From Octopus sinensis (Eukaryota): a DNA stretch of 64,000 nucleotides. The position numbers and the translations under genes were made by a program. Of the stretch, positions 55,026 to 64,000 are shown one piece after another; the stretch's first letter is position 1; the number at the start of each line of letters is the position of its first letter. The notes below the pieces were generated by a model that saw only the letters and a list, made by a program, of their open reading frames with translations, was not told the origin of the DNA and made no database searches. The stretch lies in contig NC_043009.1 in NCBI RefSeq assembly GCF_006345805.1, positions 71,610,001 to 71,674,000 of the forward strand. The letters are read 5' to 3'.

Positions 55026-55101
55026 TTCTATATTTAAGAGATGAAGAATTATGAACATTATTTACATTTGATGGATATTTGTCCTCATCTTGTTTGTTGT
55101 T

Positions 55102-55149
55102 AACACAACGTTTTGGCTGATATACCTTCCAGCCTTCATCAGGTATCTT
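55102..55149 (-). ncRNA. Hammerhead motif, G12A-mutated copy
   Basis: AAGAUAC CUGAUGA A GGCUG-loop-CAGCC AAAA CG UU GUGUU. Confidence 0.6.
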
Positions 55150-56115
55150 GGGGAAATTTCGAACCTGGGTTCTCATTCCTAAGGTATTTTTGGATGTTAT
55201 TATTATTATTATTATTCAGATGAATGCCTGGAATCGAACTTGGAATCTTGTTAGTAGCCCACACTCTTAACCACTACGCCATATGCCCGTGGGCAATTAT
55301 GGAGTGAATTTTAGGGCTTATAAATTTAATATCTTCCTATCCTTCCTTAATACCGGTTCCCATATGCTGTTCATATCTGCAATTGGTCTGCTTAGGAGGT
55401 TGTTGTGTCTTAGCATATGTGCTGCTTCTTTTAGTTTTCCTATTTTCCAGTGGTGTTCTCTGTCTACTATTTTAACTTCATCCCACAGAGGGAGGTGGTC
55501 TCCATTTTTCCATACAACTACATAAGCAACAACTACCCCAAAAGCATACTCTCCTCTCCAATTATGAAGAAAAGAGAGGATGAAACCAATAAACTGTCCA
55601 CAGTCTGTCTACCCTATGTGAAAGGTCTCTTTGAAAAGATACAAAAGACATGTGGCCCATGTGACATCAGAACAGTATTCAAGAGTAATACAACACTTCA
55701 CAAATATCTTCTTTGAGTAAAACAACCAATAGAAGAGAATATGATCAAGAACTGTGTGTACTCTATCCTATGCAGTTGTGGTAGGTTATACAAAGGCGAA
55801 ACATACTGTCTCCCTCAAAATAAGGGTAGAGGAACATTGCAAAGCTGTGACACGGGGAGATATTGATAAATCGGGTAAAGCTGATCATGTATGGAAAAAT
55901 GGAGATCACCTCCCCCTGTAGGATGAAGTTAAAATAGTAGACAGAGAACACCACTGGAAAATAGGAAAACTAAAAGAAGCAGCACATATGCTCGGATACA
56001 ACAACCTCCTAAGCAGGACGAGTGCAGATATGAACAGCATATGGGAACCGGTATTAAGGAAGGATAGGAAGATATTAGATTTATAAGCCCTAAAATTCAC
56101 TCCATAATTGCCCAC

Positions 56116-56182
56116 GGGCATATGACATAGTGGTTAAGTGCGTGGGCTACGAACCCCAAGATTCCAAGTTCGATTCCAGGCA
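56116..56182 (+). promoter_or_regulatory. tRNA-like Pol III A/B-box module in the PLE 3' region (mirror copy at about 55205-55290, minus strand)
   Basis: tagtggttaag (A box) and gttcgattcc (B box), followed by (aat)n. Confidence 0.7.
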
Positions 56183-56251
56183 TTCATCTGAATAATAATA
56201 ATAACATCAAAAAATGCCTTAGGAATGAGAACCCAGGTTCAAAATTTCTCC

Positions 56252-56298
56252 AAGACACCTAATGAAAGCTGGAGGGTATATCAGCTGAAACGTGTTAA
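56252..56298 (+). ncRNA. Hammerhead motif, degenerate copy
   Basis: AAGACAC CUAAUGA A AGCUG-loop-CAGCU GAAA CGU GUU; core G5A plus small deletion. Confidence 0.5.
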
Positions 56299-56791
56299 CA
56301 AGATGAGGACAAACATCCGTCAAATATAAATAATGTAAATAATACACTTTCCAGAAGTTTATCATTTAAATATTAATAAACATCTATAAACATAAAACAT
56401 ACAAATCTGCATATACATACATGCATGGATGCATACATCGCCATACAGAATTTTCAAAATGCATTTATTTATGTTGTAAAAAATAGAGAAATGAAGAGAC
56501 GAAACAAGATGGCAGATAACAGAGCAAATTTGGAGTTGGAGTTGATGGAAGGCAAAAGATGGCACGAAGCAAGTTGTACCTGTGGCTTGTTTTTAGTATT
56601 TTTAAGATGTTCTTCGAAGTTGATTTAATGTATGGCTGCTCACCAAAGCTGGTAATTAGTGATGGAGTTACACTTAGACAGAACTTAAGTGTACGTGGAT
56701 ACTTCTTCATGTGTCACTGTTCACATGTATGTGCAACCATGTGAAAATTGGTCTGTAACTGATTTACTTTCTGTCAGGCATATGTACATGT

Positions 56792-56822
<31 letters not shown>

Positions 56823-56902
56823 TAGTAACATAGATATTTGCTTAAGGGTATGTGTGTGTGTGTGTCTGTGCATATACCTCTAAGCATATAAATTTGTGTA
56901 TG

Positions 56903-56933
<31 letters not shown>

Positions 56934-56934
56934 G

Positions 56935-57002
<68 letters not shown>

Positions 57003-57003
57003 A

Positions 57004-57053
<50 letters not shown>

Positions 57054-58850
57054 TATATGTATGTATGTGTGTGTGTATATATATATATATGCATGTATGT
57101 GTATTTGCATTCATGGGTACACACACACACACACACACATGCACACACACACACAAACGCACACATCTGTGTGCATTTAAACTCATACCTCTCATACCTG
57201 CTTTTATATTCTTTATTGTTCTTCGTGTAGGAAATATTCCTACACGATGGTGATTATGTTGACGTTGCTACTATTTTGATTGAATTAACTCCCAGAATTA
57301 TGCTACAAGAATGTTTATATTCTAAATTATATATTGCTGTGTTTGTTTTGGAAGCCATAAATACCACCAAGATTCTCCATATTTCCCACAGAACAAACAA
57401 AAGATTCTATGCCTTGCATGCAATATTAATGCAATCTAATGTTCTGTTGTTTCTCAGAAAAACTTGCCTGGTTCTCATTCCACTATTTGTCAATCAAGTA
57501 AAACAGTCTTTTCACCAATTCCTTGCTTGAGGCAAATTAACATTTTCTATTAGCGTTCAGTATACCTGAAAATAAATTTCTCATTTGCAGGTAGCTTTAG
57601 TTAAGTTTTCTTTGTTAATTAACCTAAATATCTTTCTTTGTGTTTATTTGTTAGGTTCAAATGAAAGTATTAAATGGCATAATTTGCAGAGAATTAGATA
57701 CAAATGCTTTGAAATATTTAGTTCAAATCCTGCCTGCCACCTTGAACAAGTTTCTTCTCTTATAATCAATTCACCAAAGCATTCTGAGGGAAATTTAGTT
57801 CTTGGAAACTATGTAGAATCCTCCTATTTTGGTAAACATTATCTCTATCACTTAGTTAAGTATTTAGCATTTCGATTATTCTGTCAAAATTAAGAATTCT
57901 TATTTATTCACAAAGTTTCAATGATGCAATTGCTATTCTTAGAATGACATTGTAAGGTAGGTGTAAGAAGCTGGATCTGGCTTCTTTGAACATCAAACAA
58001 GTGGAATATTTAGACTGGATATGGCAAGTTGAAATACTAAAGAGTTAAATGTCACCCCTTGACTCTGAGCTACCTTTAGCAGAGTTCACTTTGTTACAAG
58101 GACTTTTGGCCCTCATAGTAACTTCCAATTATAGAAGTTCTGAGCACTCTTTCAGAAGTCCTTGTCTTCAACTTATCTTATAAATCCTTAATTAGTTTTT
58201 ATTTATCCTTATATCAGCCCTGATTAAGTAGACCCGTGAAAAAACACTTTATTAATATGAACCTCCTCTTTTTCAGGCACAGTTTGCGTAATATGACATT
58301 AAGCAAAAGGGTGTGATTTGAGGGAGATTTGGCTGTTATTTCTAGAATGTTAAGACACCACATGAAGGCTCATTTAGCTGTTTTCATTTAGCCTCAGCCA
58401 AACTTAACTGAACAGAATGCTGACTGAAAGGCCTGACCCCTTGTTTAGTGGAAACTTGCAATAATTGATCTGATGCATCTTCCTCTGTTTTTATAAAATG
58501 GTAGATCATGATTTGACGGAGATTTTGCTATATTTTTTGGAAGCATTTTGGAAGAAAGGTGGACAAACAATATAGAAAGAGGGGGAAAATCCAGAGGAGG
58601 TAATATCAAGTGTTTAGTTTGGTATGAGACGAATGTTCAATGATGGAATGAAATGTAAAGGAAGTATAACAGACAAGTTTTGATGAGTGAAGTATTAAAG
58701 GCTTAGAAATGGCTTGATTGGAACTGAAGATTTGGAATGCAAGAATTGGAACTGAAGAATTGGAACTGAAGAATTGGAATGCAAGAATCAGTCCCTGATT
58801 AAATTAATTTTCATTCAACAGGCAAGCATTTACTAATTAACAGTCTACAT

Positions 58851-59085
58851 CAGTGGTTCTCTCCTGGGATTCATATGGTCCTTGAGGGTTCCATAAAGTC
58901 TTTGAGGGTCCATAGTTCTTGAGGGTCCATATGGTCGTTGAGGGTCCATGTAGTCCTTGATATTCCATATAGTCTTTGAGGGTCCATATAGTTTTTGAGG
59001 GTTCATATAGTCTTTGAGGGTCCACATGGTCCTTGAGGGTCCATATAGTCCTTGAGGGTCCATATTATCCTTGAGGGTTCATATA
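58851..59085. repeat. 19-bp tandem repeat (about 11 copies) following a hAT-like terminus cagtggttct
   Basis: Unit ccatatagtccttgagggt, period 19. Confidence 0.8.
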
Positions 59086-59611
59086 AGATTTTGTGCAATA
59101 AATTGGTCACATTTCTACAATTCACAAAATACTTTAACAATTCTTTTATACAATTCCTAGCAATAATTCATTTAAAAAAGATGTATAATGTCCCTTTTAC
59201 CCAATCCTTCTTCCATTGCCCCTGGAACTCTTTATATGTCCTAATATTTACCTTTCACAGGTAAGAATTCATTCAATTAGCTTCACTCAGTTACTCTTAC
59301 CATCAGGTTTTGGACATGATAAATATATGGTGGGCCCTGTCCCTCCTTCACACACTCACATGAAACAGAAAATATAACAAGAAGGGAAATGTTTAAAAGA
59401 AAATCTCAACACTTTTTCTTCGTCTTTACTCAAAATTATGTCAGTCCATCTTCATACCACACCCCACACGCATACATTCCACACATACCCTACATACTCC
59501 ACACATACACACACACACACACACGCGCACACACACAGAACCGATATTACATTCCATAGGTACGCCATTTCACACTCCACTTACAAGTACACGCACCTAC
59601 TGTTATACATT

Positions 59612-59650
<39 letters not shown>

Positions 59651-60817
59651 TGCACGTACACTATCACCACCACCACCACCACCGCATACCCAGCTACTGC
59701 TTACAATACAGAGAAACCATATAAAGCACTCACCTGTTCTTAATGCAATTTCTAAACAGGTGAACAGTTTGATGGTAGATGGATTGTCTAGTGGAGTGAG
59801 AGTGGTGAAAGGGGTGGTGAGAGTGTAGAGAGTGCAGAAGGGGAGTTAAGGGAGGAGGAGAAAAGGGGAGATCCTCCTCCTTCTCTGCTTCCTCATCATC
59901 ATAATCATTACCATCATCATCATCATCACTGTTCCCATACTGAGCCATGACACAATTGCTCACTTCCTAGAAATAGCAGCAAAATTACCCGAACTAAAAA
60001 GACAGGATGGCCATGGCTGGAATGTATTGCATCACAAGTTCGCTCAATTAAAGTAAATAGACTTAAGCAGTAACAACAACAACAATCTCTCCATTTCTAT
60101 CCATCATTCTTCCTCAATATTTAAATTTGTCATTGTTGCTGTTGCTGTTGTTGTTGTCATCGTAATATTTATCCTCATCAGCATTACCATCCTCATCTAA
60201 GTTGTTAATCGCTTAACCTCCTAGAAATAGCAGTCAAATGTTCCTTAAATCCCACCACACTATCTTTCATAAGGAAGACTGCATTAGATAATGCAGTCGT
60301 AAATACCTTCTGTGTGAATAAAAGCTGAGATGGCCATGGATGGAGGGCATTTGATTAAAAGTCTGCCTAAGCATGGCTGACCTGGGGTTAAACAATGACG
60401 ACCTCTTCTTCATCATCGTCATTGTTATAACTCTTCTGTTATAACTCCACTGTAGCAATCACCATTGCCATCATCATTGTCATCATCATCATCACCACCA
60501 CCACCGTCCTTGTGATCATTAATGTCATCGTCGTTGTCGTCGTTGTCATCATCATCACCATCATCATCTTTTACTCACGCAATTATTACCAATAATTAAC
60601 ATTCCAGTCATCTTTGTTAACATCATCTTGTTCATTATAATAAACTTCATCATCTTCTCCTCATTAGCTCTCATTACTGCTTCATTCATTATCCTAAGCC
60701 CAAAGGTTTCCTGCTTCCTACCAAAGCAAAAATCTAGCGATGAACACAACCTTCAGTCACACTTCATATGTTGAAGTAATATGTTTTTCATACACACACA
60801 CATACATACATACATAC

Positions 60818-60849
<32 letters not shown>

Positions 60850-61676
60850 ATGTAGGCATATGTATGTGTTTTTACTTGTCAAATATCATGTATTTACCAC
60901 CCTTTATAAGTTTGTATTCCAATGTTATACATGTCTAGAGATAAAGGCCTCATACATGGTTCACTTTCCAGACATTTGTACATTACTGCATATGCTTTAT
61001 AGGCATTTTTGACAAGTTGTGGTGCACCTGAGCACTGTATACAATAATTTTATTATTATTATTATTTGTAAATTCAATTCTCAACAAGTTTGACTTTGTA
61101 TTTCCTCATTCCAGAATTAATGAAGTACCAGTTATATTCTAGGAGCTGAATATAACTGATACTATATTTTATGGATTCCTCTTCAAAATACGTCCCCAAT
61201 TTCTATATTCCTTCCCAAAATATGTAGCCCTCTTTCATGCAGCTTCTTATGCAATGTTCTGTTTGCAGTGAGATTATAATCCATCTTAAATTCTTCGCAG
61301 CAGAATCCTTATCCACCTGTCAATAGGCATAGAATTGGTTCAATTCTTCTCTCAACATTTCTTACCTTTTGCAGCAGGACCTTCAAGGGTGAGTGTGGCT
61401 TGGTTTAGCTTCCTCATGACAACACTTTATCTACAGCAGAACTCTCATCTAAAAGCAGGTGTGACTGTATTTGCGAGCCTTATGAAGTTCTTGATCTTAA
61501 ACAAGACAATCATCCACTGAAGGGTGAATCTAAGAAGAGAAAAAATCAAGAAATCCTGTCTTGCTTGTTCTTTGAGCTGTTGCTGTTTAGATCCAGCCCT
61601 CCCCCATGTTGGCCCTAGCCACGCAGACCAAGGACCAAACATAATTAAACTATGGCCATTTGCCTTTTATTCAAGA

Positions 61677-62057
61677 ACTAGCAGTATCGCCCGGCATTGC
61701 TCAGGTTTGTAAGGGAAATAACTATAAAGCATTTTTAGAGATTTATAGCCAAAAAATAGCAAAAAAATGGAAAAAAAATGATGGTAAATTTTTTTGAGAG
61801 TTAAAAAAGGTCGAGTTGCGTCCCCTAGACAGTCTGTGGTTTGTGTTTCTGATTCTCGACCCCATGTCGAATTTATCGATTTTTTTCAGAACTGGGGGAA
61901 CTTTTCAAAATTTTCGCTGCGTTAGTTTTGAATTATGACATTGGGCTATGTGTGTGTCAAGTTTCATCAGAATCGGTTGAAAGCAGTGGTCAGGGTGAGG
62001 GTACAACCAAACAGACACACAGAAACACACACAGACAAACTGCCGTTTATATATAGA
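61677..62057 (+). mobile_element. Non-autonomous Helitron/Helentron-like element
   Basis: 5' actagcagtatcgcccggcattgctcagg; 3' caagtttcatcagaatcgg...cagacaaac...tttatatatagag. Confidence 0.6.
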
Positions 62058-63169
62058 GAGATAGTCTGTCATGGATTATATTCACCAATGGGATCTTCCT
62101 TTTTTAAGATGGTAATGTATAGTTGAAGGGAGAGTTAGGGTGCTATTTCTTGCTGGTCAAATGATCACATAGAAACTCTCTTGTTGGTTCACTTTCTCTG
62201 AGTGTCACTAAATGAGGATTAAGTGTTCAAACCCAATGGATTTCAGTCTTTATCACCATCATCATCAGCATCATCATCAGCTGTCTTCACCATCGTCATC
62301 ATCATCACTGTTACTGCCAGATTAAGAACCTATAGAATGACAGCAATGTAATACTGTTAATTAGCAGTGAATATATATAACGAGCACTGGAAACTCTAAT
62401 CAGAAATGCAAGGAAAAGAGAGCATAATGTCAATGATGAATATTATTCCAACAATTTCTGCAAAGATGGGAGATAACTGCAGGCATGTTTTTGTCTTATT
62501 AGACCTCCTCAGGCCAATGTACACTTCAGTCTACTGTTTGAAATAATAACGAGAGAATCAATGATTAGGATTACAACTCAAGTAGGCATAAGAAAAGTTT
62601 ACCAAAAAATTACTGAGGTTAATTACTTTGAGATCCGATCTGCATCAATTAGGAGTACAATTAAGTAGAAGTGAACATTTTTAATTGAGAATATCAAAAT
62701 TCTAATTAGAAATACAATCCAGCATGGAAAGGATTTGCTCAATTACTATCATTAATTAACCTAAATGACTGTGTTTTAATGTAAACAATTATTTAGTTTC
62801 ATTCATCCAAGTTTTGAGTTCAAAGAACTGTTATTAGCACCACCCCCACCACCATCTCTAAAACCAACAGAAACAAATCTAAACCAAGCAACATCATTAC
62901 TGGTGCTAACATCACCAACATCATCATCATCATCACCAACACAGCCAATAACCTCACCACCACCTTCATCAACATCATCTTCCCTCCCCCCACTTCACCC
63001 AGTATCACCTTAATCACCCACCTCACAGGTAACGGTTGTATTTAATCAACCACCCACCAGTTCCGTCACTCAGCTACCCTGCGGCTTCTCAGCAGATGCC
63101 ACAGTGGGAAGTCCTCATCAAACTTCACTGAAACATCACAACAAGGACGACATCAGAAACATTTATAAG

Positions 63170-63207
<38 letters not shown>

Positions 63208-63232
63208 GTGTATGTGTGTGTGTGCGTGTGTG

Positions 63233-63271
<39 letters not shown>

Positions 63272-63839
63272 ACAAGTGTATGTACATGTGTGAATGCATA
63301 TGTCTATGTGTGTTTTAGTGACTGAGTATACATGAGTGTATGTGCTGGCTTGTATGCATGTGTGTGTATGTGTGTGTGTGAATGTATGTGTGTGTGCTTG
63401 CATGCATGTGTGTTTTGATGTGTGTGCATGTGAGTGTATGTGCATGCATGAATGCATACCTGTGGGTGTATGTGCGTGCATGCGTGTGTGTGTGTGCATA
63501 CATGTGTGTATGTGTGCTTTGGTGTGTTGAACCTGTGTGTTTTGGTGAGTGTGTGTGTGTGTGCGCGTTGGTGTGTTGTTAAAAGTCTTGGAGGAGTAAT
63601 TCTGTTGATGACGCATAAATATGATGGAAGTTGGTAAGCCTTGCCTTGCACCAGGAAATGTATGAGACTAGCACTAACCCAGCCTACAGGGGAATTTAAG
63701 ATGCGTGTGTGAGTGTGTGCATGTGGAGTGTGTGTGTGTGTGTTAGTGTGTGAGTGTGTGTGTGTGTCTGTGTGTGTGAGTGTAATTCAAAGAATTCCAT
63801 TTGACCCTGCAAGCATAGAAAAGTTAACATTAAAACAGC

Positions 63840-64000
63840 AATGATGTTGATGACGATGTTGACGATGATGATGACGATGTTGATGATGATGATGACGATG
63901 TTGATGATGATGATGACGATGACAACGACGATGATGATGACGATGACAACGACGATGATGATGACGATGATGACGATGACAACGACGATGATGATGACGA
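63840..64000 (+). repeat. (GAT/GAC/GTT)n compound trinucleotide tract, probably an expanded LINE tail
   Basis: Follows a degenerate caagcatagaaaagttaacattaaa 3' end. Confidence 0.75.

Larger units (their letters stand above)
55048..56343 (+). mobile_element. Penelope-like element, 5'-truncated, with inverted copy of its 3' end (55048-55516 versus 55888-56343); GIY-YIG pseudogene at about 55520-56085
   Basis: TVCLPYVKGLFEKI...CVYSILCSCGRLYKGET...LKIRVEEH...KLKEAAHM; arms are reverse complements. Confidence 0.9.

Noticed and set aside
56116-56190. Bona fide tRNA gene
   Set aside because: A and B boxes are present but no acceptor stem or clean cloverleaf; the two copies differ in the anticodon region; treated as a tRNA-derived module

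Overview
Eukaryotic, AT-rich, non-coding DNA that is almost entirely repeats. The repeat set (CORE-type tRNA-SINEs, RTE-type LINE 3' ends with (ATG)n tails, very dense TA/CA/GA/TACA microsatellites) suggests an octopus (coleoid cephalopod); this is pattern recognition, not a database result. I found no convincing host protein-coding exon, and nearly all ORF-track entries are microsatellite translations. The recognisable coding relics are all transposon-derived: three mariner fragments, one Tc1 transposase, Penelope-like (PLE) linker and GIY-YIG fragments, RTE RT/C-terminal pieces, and C-termini of two RLE-clade LINEs (R4/Dong-like, Hero-like). The main hidden signal is RNA structure. There are at least ten minimal type-I hammerhead ribozyme (HHR) motifs from about seven PLE-derived families, on both strands, mostly with a palindromic helix III. 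Two have very long helix-II insertions, several have core variants (CCGAUGA, CUGUNGA), and one family lies behind a tRNA-like Pol III promoter. The PLE insertions also form many fold-back structures, and one perfect 87-bp-arm palindrome is present. All structures were folded by eye and none is experimentally confirmed.
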